From IMG/VR virus record IMGVR_UViG_3300045974_000156, positions 1-64,000 of that record: a stretch of 64,000 bases of DNA. One strand, given 5' to 3'. Of the stretch, positions 20,101 to 35,100 are shown one piece after another. Within the stretch, counting starts at the first letter, position 1; each line of letters opens with the position of its first letter. Origin of the DNA: a virus. The notes under the pieces are model-generated. The model did no database searches and was not told the DNA's origin. It saw only the letters and a list, made by a program, of their open reading frames with translations. Position numbers and translations under genes: made by a program.

Positions 20101-23100
20101 ATAGGGGTGTAGACCAGAATAACCCCATAGATGTTTATCATGACTATGAAGCAGAATGTGGTGCTAATTCTCAAGTAAGCTCCACTGTTACCCCGAATTA
20201 CGCCAATGATACCCTACTTTATTTTGCATACTACTGGACCTCCGGTACCGTTTCAGCTTTCGTTTCGCTTACCGGAGCCACACCTACCCAGAGAGCTATC
20301 GCTAATATTCATGATACTTGGGGATATACAGGTACAGCAATATATGAAGGGGCTGGACCTACCAAGCCAGGTATAGCCTCCGGTACCACTACAGTAAATA
20401 TAAACGGAACTGCGGCTAATAACTGTATAGCGGGTATGATGGTAGCCCTTAAGGGAGCCACGGTAGCCGATATACTAGTTGGCAACGTATCTTTTGGTAC
20501 CAAAGATGACGGTACCATGTATGCAACACCGATAGATGGTAATCAGTCAAAGAATCATGTTAGTGTTTCAGAGTCAGAAGATAATGATACTTACGACTCC
20601 TTCGATGTCGGTGTTCGTGTTAAGGCACAAGAGATCGAAACTGAGAACATAAATCTAACTACTATCCCGACACTAGTTGGTTGGGGTGTGACAGCCTATT
20701 CAGAAGGTCCGACAATCACGGTACAGGTACCTACAGATCTTCAGGTCGGTGACTTGCTACTTCTCCCTTGGTTTAATTTTGGTCCACAACTAGTGCCACC
20801 AACAGGGTGGACAGCAGCCGGTGCTAACCTATATTGGGACTTATACGATGGTACACAGACATCCGTAACCCTGACAGGCGGCTCACCAGGAGCATCAGGA
20901 GCGTCAGCAGCTAACATCATCGCATACAGAGGTGCAGACCAGAATAACCCCATAGATGTTCAGGCGACATCCTTTGGTACCAATGTTCTTTCACTGATCA
21001 TACCTTCTGTAACCACAAGAAATGCAAACGAGAGAATACTAGACGTAGGCTTATTTTTTAATATTTATACTGATCCTGTATGGAACGGTGGTCCGATAAC
21101 CTATTCCAGTAGTATCTACCCACTTACAGGTACTTTTGCAAATTGGTCAGAAGGCTTTGCTTTTTGTGACTCGACAAAGCCTGTCGCGGGTGCCACGGGT
21201 ACCACAACCTTAACAACCGCAACAAATTCAGCTAATTTTTATGGTTGGAAGTATGCGATCAACCCAGCCACAGGGGACGACTACTCAGTAGGTTTCTGGT
21301 CAGCCAGAACAGAGTTAGATACATATACTTACGCACTAGATAGCGATGTACAAAGAGGCGGTATTAATCTAGGCAGAATGGGTATACTGGAGGCTTATAC
21401 ACCTGTAGATAATTGTGACAGTAAATTAAAGTCAGCAAATAGAGAAAATGACATAACTACGCCGAACAGTATTACCTATATCGGCAATAGCCCTCCGACT
21501 ATTTGGCAAAGTAATGTAGCTACAATACAAGTTCCAGATAACGTCCAAGCGGGTGATGTTCTCATATTCGTAGCAAGCTGCATCGTTGTAAACGGGTATC
21601 CTCCGACTATATCGGGAGCCTGGAACACCATCTATGGTGGACCGTACATAGGGGCTTATTGGAAGTATCACGATGGAATCGATACATCATTTACGGTAAA
21701 TGGTGTTGGATACTACGGAACTGGAGTTATAGAAGCTTATAGGGGTTGTGATCCCATAAACCCAATCGGCGCAACACTTTCAGCCGGTAATGCAGCCTTA
21801 TCGACCTACACCATAGGATCCATTACACCCTATGATGGTCAATCTACCGTAATCGCAGTCGGAGTATCAGTTAGTCAAAGTCAAGCGATGTCGTGGTTAC
21901 CTCCAACCGGATTAGCAACCAACCTAAGAGATCAGACCTTAGCAAACGTCTATGCTCAATACTGGGACAGTATAAGCATATGGGACGCACCTCAGTACAT
22001 TCAGGGCGCGACAGGCACAGAGACCCTCTCATGGACCGCAGGGACTTATGACAACCTAGCTGGTCTATTATTCTCCCTATCACCAGTATCTTCATACCCA
22101 GATGAAGATGAAGACATGGGTCTATTTCTAGGTAAAAAAGCACTAGAGACCTACACCTTCGCTGCTCAAGATCTACCACTTAAGAATATAAGCTTCGGCA
22201 CTGTTTATGGCGATGGGGTTCTTAATGCAACCCCTATTGATGGGCAGACACTTAAGTTAAAGTCTGGCGATGAATTTGTTGATTCTGTATCACCTCAAGA
22301 CGGAAACGAAGCTAAATATAAGTCAACCAATGCCGAGTTAGAATACGTTTCACCACAAGAATCTGCTACCTATGAGTACTACGGGGTCTCTGGTCATGAC
22401 CTAGTAGCACGAGATATCATCGAGTCAGAGGCTATATTACAGGACTCGAATAACGCTAAGTTCAAAATAACAGCCGCAGAGATAGAATACCCAACACCTC
22501 AAGAAGACTGTGATTTTTCATACTCATCTGCTAACAAAGAGGCAGAGTCCACTCAATTAAGCATAAGCCCGTTACCATACTTTGTCGGGGCAGGACCTCT
22601 AGTATTCACCTACACTGCACTCGGAGGCGTTACACCGTCGATCCCCAGCGGAACACTAGCTGGCGACTTAATGCTGTTAGTTACATTCACATCTAACTAT
22701 AATGGTGCAGGATTAACAAAACCGTCTGCTGACTGGACTTTAGTCGATCCGTCTGGTTATAGGGAATGGACTCTATACTATAAGTTTGCTACAGGGAGTG
22801 ATACCTCTCCGACAGTATATGGTGTAAGTAACAACAATGGTGCCGCCTATATAGCTACATATAGAAATGTAGATAACACAACCCCGTTTGATAGCTATGC
22901 TTCTGCCGGTGGAGCTTTTAACGCTTCCACAACATACACATCGGATCCTTATACTTTACCAGTATCTCTACTAAGTAATTACTTTTTTTCAATATCGATA
23001 AGTGGATCAGCCACAACGCAACGCTTTGCACAGGGCGATCCAAACAGCTTCACACAATATGTACTAGACGGACCATTCGCCTACAGTACAAAAACAAATA

Positions 23101-26100
23101 CAGAGACAGTGACGGTCGGAGGAAACGGTGCAATTAACATATTTTCGTTCTCACTGAATGCAAAAAACCCATTCACAGTAGATTCAAACACTCTAGGTCT
23201 AATTACACAAAAAGAAGAGTCCGAGGCAGCAATACCTCAAGAAGTCCAGACCGGAAGATACGGTACCAATAACTCCCAGTCCGAGACTTATGTCGTTGCA
23301 CAGGATATTTATGCGACAGGCAACAGACCTCCAGGTACTTTTGCTGATTCTACCCAGCCACTAGATTCATTCGATGTCGGAATAGCCTTCGCAGGTAAAG
23401 AATCTGATTCTGGTCAACCTGCGGATACTTATGCAAAAAGTAACAATCCTAATCGCGATCTTCAGGACTATGTAACACCTCAAGACTCTAATAATCTAAA
23501 ATTCCGGGCAGGTATATCTTATGACGACGGACCTATACCCCAAGAAGATCTAGATCTTGGTCTAAAGGTAAATGGAAAAGAACTAGAGCCTGTAGCACCA
23601 CTATTTTACTTCCAAGGCATAACTCCCACGGAGTTCCCGCCTGAGATAAATAATTTTTATACCTATACTTCTACACTGAGCGGACCATACGGGTCTCCAC
23701 TGGCCCCAGACGGCACAGCTACAGCGTATAGCGTAGGTACTCCACTTGGAACCGGACCTAACGCATTCTACCTACTAGGACCATCTCCTACTTATGTTAC
23801 AGGTAATCAATATGAGATAGGGTTCTGGGCAAAATATGGCGGTGGGACTCAGCCTGTTGTATATACCTGTACAGATAAAGTAAACGTATTTTTCGATGTC
23901 TCTACCGGTCTAGTTAATAATACATACCAACCCTTGGTCCCGGGTGTAGATTACGACACCATAAGCATGACCCAACTAGGTTCTACCGGTTGGTACTACT
24001 GTTACTGTAAGTTCACAGCAAGACAGACGTATACAAACGCCACATTTGGTCAGTTGATTTGGGGACTTACCAATAACACAGGATATTCTACATCTGGCGA
24101 TCTTATTTACATCTGGAAAGGCACTGTTGCGCTACCAGGTTCAAGTATAAATACACCGCAGGATGATGTTGACTACTTGTTGGTTAGCCCAAGAGAAGAA
24201 CAGGACACACTAGTAGTTAGCGGTGATAATCAAACACTTAAACTTAATAGCGGTTCGCCAGAGCTAGAGGTTCTATTCCCACAAGAGGATGTTGATGCTG
24301 CGTTTAGCATACAAGCTCAAGAAGCAGATGCTGGAGATCCGGAAGATGCATACTCTTATGACTTCCTAGATAGCTCTGGAAGAGGTAATAGCTATAGCAA
24401 AGATCAATCTGAATCCGTCATGGCGTCAGATTCTAGCAAGTCCAGCTTCAGGATCAACTTATCTGAAGCAGAAGCAGTAGCGGCTCAAGACCAAGAAATT
24501 ATCGGAAGCGTAAAGCTTACACGCCAAGAAGTAGATCTAAGCAGCGGAATGATTAATCTAACCGCTACACAGGCTCTACCATCACAAATAGGTAGCTGGG
24601 TCACCAGCACGGCGACGTTATCAGGTCCACTAGGATCCCCAGGTGCGGCTGACGGTTCTCCAGATGCCTACAGCATCAGCACCCCGATAGCCGCTGGTCC
24701 CAATACCTATTACTTAACAGGAACCACACAGACATATGTAGTTGGAAACACCTACTCGTTCGGATTCTGGGCCCTAAAAGGACCTGGGTCGAGCAATTAC
24801 GTTTGGTACAGCACAGATTCCGCCAAACTCTACTTCGATCTTTATAACGGGGTGTTCTACCCCAATGGCGCAGTACAGAATACAGACTACAGCACAGTAA
24901 GCATAATCGAATATGGCGACACTGGTTGGTACTACTGCTACGGTACATTCAAGGCTAGAGTCACTTCTAAGCAAGAGCAATGGGGTATATATAACGGCAC
25001 AGCATATTCGCAAGCTGGCGATACTATTTATGTCTGGAACGATACCGACCGCTCTCTAGCTCAGACTGGTAGTGGATTATTCGGACGAATATACGGAAAC
25101 TCTACCCCACTAGATGCTCAAGTTTCAATGTTTGGTATCAATGCGGAAGAGTCAGAAACCCTAACGCCTTCAGACAGCATACCTGCAACCACCATATCAT
25201 ACACGGTAGCTTATCAAGATTCTGTAACAGCACAGGACTCTAGCAACTCAAGACTAAAGAGCGCAAATCAAGAGCTTGATTACTTAGAAGCAGGACAAGA
25301 TAATGATGATCAAGACGCTAGATTCAAGGTAAGAGCAGCAGAGTCTGAATCCGAATCTCTAGGTAAGACTCCTCCTACGTTTGTAAACACAGGGGCATTT
25401 ACAGCCACTCCATCTACACTTATACAGGTACCTATACCGGCAGAAACTCAGGCTGGTGATGCGCTAATATTCTACTTCTACGGTGGTTATTATCCGCCAA
25501 CACTATCTGGGTGGAATCAGTTTTGTGTAAATACTATAAATAATGGTAATAACAGCGCCATATACTGGAAGATTGCATTAGGTAGCGGGCTAGATATCTA
25601 CCCGATCATAGGCGATGGTGTTAATTTTGCGACAGCAATGATAGTTGCATATCGTAATTGTAATCCAGTTAACCCTATAGATAGTTACGGAATAGGTGGG
25701 AATACTAGTACAACATCAGCTTCGATTGCAGGCGTAAGAACGCTATCAAGCAACACACTTCCAATAGTTATTGCTACCAACAATACATCAGGTACCCCAG
25801 CAGGATTTAATACCCCGACAGGGGCATGCACTACCCAGAGGGCTTTCGGATCTGGATTGGCAGGAAATACTATTGGTCAGGTACTCTGGGAAGGCAGCGT
25901 GCAGCCCAGTGCCGGATTCACGAATGCTGGCGAAACAATTACAGCTACAGCACTCTCATATTCAGTAAGCGGAATATTAATAAACTTAGCATCTTCCGGG
26001 GGCATAGATTCCGAAGATAGCGAATTAGTTACTATCGGACAGAAAATAGAGACTCAGATAGTTAGTGATGAATCACAAAAGTCTAACTTTAGTATTACCC

Positions 26101-29100
26101 AGTCAATTAAAGAAATCATATTAGGTGCCTCAGATACTGGTTCTTGGGACTACCTATCGGGCTCGCACACAGGGAATGTTTATAACAGAAATCAGTCAGA
26201 TTCTATACAGCTTATAGATGTAAATGGACAGTCACAATTCGTATTGACTGAGATATCAGAATCCATAATACCTCAAGACCTAGCAGCAGGTTCCCCTTCG
26301 TTTATCATGGACGAAGTAGAGTCTGTGGCTGGATTTGATGATATCTACACCGGACAAAGTATCACTGCAACGCAAGTCGAGACCGAGATACCTCTAGACT
26401 TTGACCAGGGAGGTAGGGCGTATCTAGCATCAGAGCAGGATCTGGACGTTGTAGCTATAGAACTTGAGTCTGACGCCGAACAGGTTGGCACAGCAGAGAT
26501 CGAGACACAGGTCATCACTCCAGACGAAGAGTCTGATTCTTATCAGATTTCCACAAATCTAAGTGAACAAGTCGAAGCACTCGATAGCCAGTACGTCAGT
26601 ATAATTAGCGGAGCAGACTACTCACAAGAAGACAGTTTATATCCTGACGACTCTCAAGACGTTGGACAAACATACAACGGCGAGCAGTTAGACGGTGATT
26701 TACAAGCTAGCGATGAGGAAGATCTGCTATCTAGCAACGGTGTTGATCAGCTAGAAGGCGATACCACACCTGTTGACGACCAGATCGCTGGAGTCCTAAA
26801 TGCATCAGATCTGTCCCAGGAAGATGACTTATACGCAGATGAATCACAGGACGGTGGTGTACTGAATGGATCTGATCAGTCCATAGAAGACAACATAACA
26901 TTAAGCGATGAACAGGATCTAGGTCTAGGTCTAGGATCTCAGATCGATGAAGAAGTATATCCTGATGAACTACATGACTCAAATATAGATATTAACTGCG
27001 AGACTCTTGAGGGTGATCTATACGCCGACGACTCACAATATGCAGGCATAGCACAAGGGTCGGATAACTCCCAAGAAAATAGTCTATATACTGATGACCA
27101 ACAAGATTTGGGTCTAAATGTCGGAAGTGAGACACAAGAATCATCTATCTCCACTGATGATCAACAAGAGTTGGGTCTGGACCTAGGCTCTGAGATACAA
27201 GAGTGGGACCTGTACACTGTCGAATCGCAAGATAATGGAACCTTGATAGGTTATGGAATCTCTCAAGAGGAGATCGCACAGTCCGAAGACTCACAAGATT
27301 CAGGTGTAACACCTGGTTCTGATAACTCTCAAGAGGACACCCTATACGCTGACGACCAACAGGAGCTAGGTCTAGACCTTGGTTCCGATACACAAGAAGA
27401 AGCCCCTTACGCCAGTGACGCACAGGAATTAACCATAATAAGTAGCTCCGAGTACCAAGATTACGACATATACGCAGGCGAGTCGCAAGAGGCAGGACTA
27501 GCTCAAGGGTCTGATAACTCTCAAGAAGAGGTTCTATATACTGACGATCAGCACGATTTGGGTCTAGGGCTCGGCTCAGACATACAAGAGGTAGATGTTT
27601 ACACCTCAGAGCAGCAAGATCTGATCTTATATATAGCTACTGAGGAATCCGAATCTGATCAGATTCTAGAATCGCAAGATTCTAACTACACCATAACCGC
27701 CGACGAATCAAACTCCGTTGAGGGTGTAGACCTTGAGATAGAGTCAGAAGACTGTACAACAAATATTTCTGAAAAGCTGACAACATATGCTCAAGAAGAG
27801 GTAAGTGCGTCTATAAGTTCCGAGGAATCAGATGATCTAGAACCGGTTGATGGACAGGACTTTACATTAACAGTAATTGGAGAGCTATTTGAATCAGGGC
27901 AGGGGTCGGATCTAGAAGAAATTAATCAGATCCTAGCAGGCGAATTAGATGAATCTGCCACAGGAGAAACACAAGAGGGTGTAGCACTAGCATTAACCAG
28001 AGCAGAACTAGAGTATGAGACTATATCTGATGAGCAAGAAGATGCTTATTTTGATATAACCGCCGAGTCCAGTGATTATGCTCAAGGTTCAGATCTTGAA
28101 GACTCTATACTGTCTGCAACAGTAGAAATATCCGAGCAGGCAGAGGCGTCCAGCGAAGAGACTACAAATAAAACATTGTGGGCATCAGAATCTGATGATT
28201 GGCAGCCATCCGACGAAATAACTGTCGGTAACACAATAGGGTTAGACGATTCTGCATATACATCCGCTGACGAATCTGAAGACTCCATTTACAGCATCCC
28301 GGCATCCCTGTACGAAACTGCCGAAGGCTCGGATGAGGGAACCGGCTCAGTGGTGGCTACATCTGATATCAACGAATCTACCTTGGGGTATGGCGAAGAA
28401 GACACTGCATTAAATCTAGGCTCTGATAACTCACAAGAGGAGAGCCCATATCTGGATGACTCACAAGAGTCAGGCTTAATCCAAGGATCTGATAACGCAC
28501 AAAACGATGATCTACAGTCTAGCGAGTTACAAGACTCAATCCAAGTATCTAGTCTAGATACACAGGATCAGGTCCCCTACGCTGACGATGTTCAGGATTT
28601 TGCAACAATAATAGGGCTGGATTCTTCTCAAGAACTGTACGCAGATGAATCACAGATCGGGGCGATACCTCATGCTGTAGAACTGCCCGAGTCCACCGAA
28701 GCCCAGGATTCTCAAGATCTATTGGTATATGCTTCGGACGACGAATCAGAGTCCACAGAGGCTCAAGAGTCACAGGATGTCAGCTACGTCATAACAGCCG
28801 AGCAGTCTGAATTTATCGTAGGCGTCGATGAAGAGGTAGATTCAGAATACTGCACTACGAACATATTAGAATACGTTATTACAAAAGATGAGCTAGAATC
28901 CGGATCATTTATAAACTCTGTGCTCTCGGATAGCCTAGAGGCTAGCGATGAAGTAGGGGCTAGTGTTGCCTTCGCAGAAGACTTATACGACTCAGAAGAG
29001 GCTCAAGATTCAGAAACTCTTGAGCTTAACCTTGGATCTTCCGAACTTGATCTTAACGAAGTTTCTCCAGAAGATTACGAGGTCGAAGGACTTGACTTAA

Positions 29101-32100
29101 GTGTATCAATATTAGATTACCAAGAGACCAATGATAGTTATGCATCGCTGCCTTCTCTAGAGTTAACAGAGTCAGAATCAGCAGAACCTTCAGACCTAGG
29201 GGAAGCCTCAGTCCAGACCACTTCAGCCCAAGCTGACGATACCCAAGGGGATGATTTTGAGCAAGCCGTAGGTGAATTCGCCGGGGAACTATCTGAATCC
29301 GTAGAAGGGGTTGACCAGCAGGATGCTTATGAATCTCTCTCAGGAGAATTATCTGAATCAGGACAAGGATCTGACCCCCAAGATGCTTCTTATCTATCAG
29401 CTAATGAGCTAAACGAACAAGCTCAGGTTGAGGATTCATGCTCTGCGTCAGTACTAGCTACTGCGGAATTATCAGAACAAGAGGAAGGATCCTCTCAGGA
29501 AACCACTGGGCTAACTATATCTGAGGTTGCAGAGGAGGCTATACAGCCTCTCGATGAACAGGAACTCCAGTTAGTACTAACATCTTCTGAGGCTGAGTTG
29601 TGGCAAGGTGAGTATTCTGAAGACTCTAGCTACGATATAACAGCAGAGGAATCCAACCATCTAATTTCAGCAGAGTTAGAAACAGAGTCTGAGGATGTAA
29701 ACTCAAATATAAATGAATCATCGAAGCCTGAAGATGAACAGGACGCATCCCACTCAATCGCACTAGGCTTAGAGGAGCAGGCTCAGGGTCTGGATTTTAG
29801 TGATTCTGCAACCGAGATAACCCTAGATGTAGTTGAGTATGCGACATCATCTGATGACCAGGACTTATTACTTGAAATAAGGTCAGACCTAGAAGAATAT
29901 GTATCAGGTCAGGATATCCAAGATCTAGGCAATGTATTACTAGCAGACGAGTCTGAATCAGTACAACCAGAAGATAACCAAGAGCAGTTATATAGCCTGT
30001 CGCTAGATCAGTCAGAGTCAGTGTCCGGACAGGACAACCAAGATCCAAGCATCACCATAGCTCAAGATATATCAGAATCGGTGTCAGGACAGGATAGTCA
30101 GGAAACCGTCGCCAGCCTGTCGCTGGACACATCTGACTCAGCCATGGGGGTTGATGAGCAGAACTCCTCAGAAACGGTCCACGGGGCACTAGAGGGATCG
30201 CAGGAGACATCCGCAGAACAAGACCAGACCCTAGCTCTCGGGTCAGAACAGTCAGAAAGCCCAGTACCCAGTGATGATCAGGAATACCTACTACTTCAGA
30301 TCTTCTACGATGAAGCCTCTGAAACTATCTCAGGCTCCGACGAGCAGAACTGCGCCCTTATTGCTCATGTTGAAGTATCAGAGTCTCAGGAATCCGATGA
30401 TCAACAGGACCTAGGTCTACAGCTATCCTCGGATATGCAAGAGGCTACTGAACCTGAAGATTACGAGTCAGCTTGCAACTTAATAGTCTCTATCGAGTAT
30501 GAGGATATAGGTGTAGTTGCCGACGAGGAGATTGAATCAGAGACATGCACCACAAACATGTCAGAGCGTCTGCATAGCAGCGAGTCTGAGGATTCTCAAT
30601 ACAGCATCACAGCAGAGGAGTTTGAAGAATTAACATGGCTCGACCCACAAGATTCTGCAAACACCTTAGATCAGAGCATCGAAGAGTACTTCACAGGATC
30701 TGACGACCAGAATCTAGAAATCACACTACAGTCTAGCCTGGCAGATTATGTCGAACCCAGCGACGAGACCGACTGCACATTACATGTAGCTTCAGAGATA
30801 GCTGAAGTTCAGGTAGCTGACGATTCCCAAGACTATATATTGTCATCCCTGATAGAAGAAGAGGAGTTCGTATCAGGATATGAAAATCAAGATAGCAACA
30901 TAGGTGTCAGCACATACTCTTCAGAATCCCAAGGTACCTATGATAACGAAGACTCCTCAGGGATCGTACCTGTAGAGTTATACGAAGAAGAGGTGACCTT
31001 AGACGATCAATCCGTTACTAACTCCGTAACTGCTGATTACATAGATTCACAAATTTCGGAAGATTCCCTTGATTCGATAGAGTCCCTAAGCGCAAGCACC
31101 TCAGACCACGCTACATGTCATGATGACCAAGTAAGCGCCATAGTTACACCATCCGAAGAACTAGAGTCTCAAGAATTTAATGAATCTTCTGACATAGCTA
31201 TGTTGCTAGGTCTAGACCTTGAGGAATCTGAAGAAGCAACAGAATACAGCATAGAGACAACTAGTTTGATGTCGGAAGAGTACGAGGTCATCGTAAATCC
31301 TGCCGATGATGAAGTTAACGCCGAAGATTGCACCACAAATATAAATGAGTTCTCCAACCCAGCAGAAGGGCAAGATTCTAGATTCCAGGTACTAAATAGC
31401 CAAGAAGAATCACAGTTGGCTGATGATAATCAGGAAATAGGGCTAGGCGTAGGTACTGAGACACTAGAGTCCTCTGATCAAGCCTCAGATGAGTCAGTAA
31501 TAGTTATAGGCTCAGGTGCCACAGACGTAGGCACTCCGCACGCAGCACCTTATGAGAGTGAAGCTACACAAATCGCCATTGGTTCCGAAGATTACAACGA
31601 TTCCGCAACAGCACTAGATTATCAGACCGATGGTATTCACTACGGTGCAAATTCAGGTAGTGATCAGATAGAAAACCCGATTACTCAAGACATCTACGAT
31701 ACTGCTATCAAGCTCGGTAGTGCTTCGGTTCTTGAGCAGTATACAGTCGTTAGTGATAATTTTGATCGCGGGCTAAATATATCTGCCTTTATGGCTGATT
31801 ATCAGGGCTCTGCTTCTTCTGGTGATGGATTCGGTACTGGTTTCCAGACAGATGCGTTCCAAGTGGGTATCGTATCAGTAGCAGGATCTCAGGTTCAACC
31901 TGCCGATGCAGAGATCAGCACAATCGATCTAGGTGCCCAGCCTGTAAATGGACACTATATCTATAGCAGGAACCTATCCGAGTACACTGCACCAAGCGAA
32001 ACAGAACAACTTAAGCTCTTAATTTCAGGGCTATACTCAGACAGCATATCTGACTTGGCTGACCTAGTATCCAATACCTACGTATTGTCTACAAATAGCC

Positions 32101-35100
32101 TAGAGACCGCTCAACCTAAGGATGATGGAGATCATAAACTTAACATCGTTGCAGAAGAGTCAGACAGTGTGCAGCCTTCTGATGATCAAGATATAGGTAT
32201 ATTATCAGGTTCTGATTACTCTCAGATGGAATTCGTACAAGCTCCTGACGAGTCCCTAGAGCTAGGATTAAACCTAAGTGCTTATAATCTAGATAGCACC
32301 CAGCCGCAAGATGACGAAGACATGTCGCTGGCTGTAGGATCTGACCAAACAGAAGGTGATCTACAGTCCAGTGACTCTCAAGAGTCTATTTTCCAGGTAT
32401 ATGTTCTCTCTGAATCAGTACAAGCCGCAGAGGATATCTCAGACTTATCATTAAACGTATTCTCCGAGGAAGAGGACTCTGACGCTCAAGGATCTGATCA
32501 GGATAATGCTAACGTAATACTAACATCGGATATAGATGAGAATGTACAGGGCTCAGAGTCAGAGGATGCTCAAGCCGCCTATACTGCTGATACATCAGAA
32601 TACGGGCAAGCTCTAGAATCAGAAGAAGTTAATAACATACTGTCTTCTGATCTATCAGAGGAAGCCTCTGGGTATGATAACCAAGATCTGGTCATTTACC
32701 TACTGGTAACTCAATCCGACGACATCCTGGGGTATGAGTCTGCTGATGCCCAGGTAGCCGTCTCACTAGATATATCAGAATCCGTATCAGGGTATGAAAA
32801 CGAAACCCAGGCTATAGAAGGCGGGGCTCAGAGCGAGTACGCCCAAGGTTCTGACGAGCAGGATTGTATATTACTGATGGTATCCGTGGATGAGTCAGAG
32901 TCTGCCGAGCCTTCCGATGCATTAGATATCACACTGCTGGTAGGTACCGAAGAATTAGAGCAGGCTCTCGCAGCCGATCAGGAAGTTGACTCGATTAATA
33001 TAGAATCAGCAGAATCTTACGATATCTGGGAAGCCTCAGATCTTGAGCAAGCATCAGCTATCTACTCAGATTCTGTCTCTGAGTACGAATTAGGCTATGA
33101 CGAAGATGATAGTGGTCTAGTACTAGGAACCGAACTTTCAGAATCCAGCATAGGATCTGACCTAAGTGACGTAACTTCAATAATAACCTCTGAGACTTCC
33201 GAATATGTATCTCCTGATGATCAGGGTGACTCCTCACTAGACTCAAATAATGACCAGATTGATAGTCTACAGGTTTCTGACCTAGAATCTGCCGCAGGAT
33301 TACTACAACCTGCCGATTCTGAAGAAGACATCACCTCTGACGACAATTACGATACTGTTGAAAATCTGGCTGCGTCCGAAATAGAATCCCTAGAGAGCAC
33401 CGACGAACAAGACAATATAGGGAACCTAGTAGCCGAGTCCCTAGAATACTTGGCAGGTTCTGACGACCAAGATGCTGATTTCAATATAACTGCATCACTA
33501 GATGAATCTGTAAACCCGAGTGACGAATCTGATTGTGCGTTAATCCTTGAGCTAGATATTACCGAAGATGCAGATCCTATGGATCTGGAGTCTGAGTCGG
33601 AAGATCTGACCACTAACCTCAAGGACTTCTCAACACCAAGCGACGAAAATGATTCTTCTCTAGATTCAAGCAACGAGGAAGTTGATGAACTGCTAGGATC
33701 TGATTTAGAAGCTGCCGGGTTAATGCAGCCTGCGCTAGATGAAGAGGATTACAACACTACTTATGACAATTCCGATCTAGGGCTCAACCCAGGTGTATCT
33801 GAAATAGACTCTCTAGAAGGCTCCGAGGCACAAGATAGTTCAGGTATCTTCGTAACACAGGCTGTAGACTATTCAGAAGGTTCTGATGAGCAGAATTCTA
33901 ATTTCAGCATACAGGTATCCGTAGACGAGTCCTCAAGTCCAAGCGATGAGTCCGATTGTGCGCTAGGATTAGTACTAGAGCAATACGAAAATATCTCTGC
34001 CGCTGAAGATGAGTCAGACAAGACAGAGAGCTTCTCTGCTGTTATAAGTGATTCCTCCGCTTCAAGCGAGGAGCAAGATTGCCTATACAGCATATCAGCA
34101 CAGACATCAGATGCCCCCGAAGGTGTAGATTACGAATACTCCGGTATTTCAAGAACCCACGACGAAGCCGAGTACACTGAAGCTGTCGATGAGCAGAATT
34201 GCACCATAAGAACACCTGTATATTATGTAGACTCCGGGTCATCGGCTGACGATTCAGACCTAGGTCTAAACGTATCTTGCTCTGATTCTGAAAGCCCCAG
34301 AGCCCTAGATGTCAACGAACTAGGACTAAACCTATCAGTAGAAGAACAAGAGCAAGCTCAAGGATCTGATACTGAAATCGGGGCAATACCTATTGCGGAG
34401 AATATCAGCGAGTTCTCTGAGCCTAGCGATATATCAGACGCAGCACCTTCTATCACCAGTGTCGAGTCAGACGACCAGGTAGCCGACGATTCTTACCTGA
34501 GTGCTTACTCCGGAGTCCTGACCCACTCAGAGTCCCTTGACGCAGCAGACGACCAGACTTTATCTCTAGACAGCTTCAGCGAAGAATCTGAAACCTGCAT
34601 AGGCTCTGATGATTGCACGATGTCGCTAGATCTTGGAACTGGTTATCAGGCTTCCCAGATATCGGTTGATTCTGAAGAAACAACCATGGTGTTCAGAAAT
34701 GGTTACAAGACCGGAAGCATAACACTATCTCTATTCGATGCCGGGTCGATGTTTGATCGAGACATATCAGACCAAGTATTCTCTTACGACGACTGCGACT
34801 CGATCCAGCCTCTCGGAGCCACAGAGCTTGAGTCCCTGACCCCCTCTGATTCACAGAATCAATCTAGCCAAAACGGAAATAACAGTACAGAAAGTGTCAA
34901 CGCTTCGGACGGGTCTATAGCCGGTGTGGTCATAAACCCAAGAATTTCAGAATCCTGCATCTCAACTGATGGTAATGACGTAATAGAGCGTATCGCTTCT
35001 CGTTTATCTGAATCCGCTGTCGCATCTGATAGGTATGTGGTTGGAATTGCGTTCGGTAGAACCTCAAGCGAGCGCAGCGTCCCGACTGACTTGATGACTC

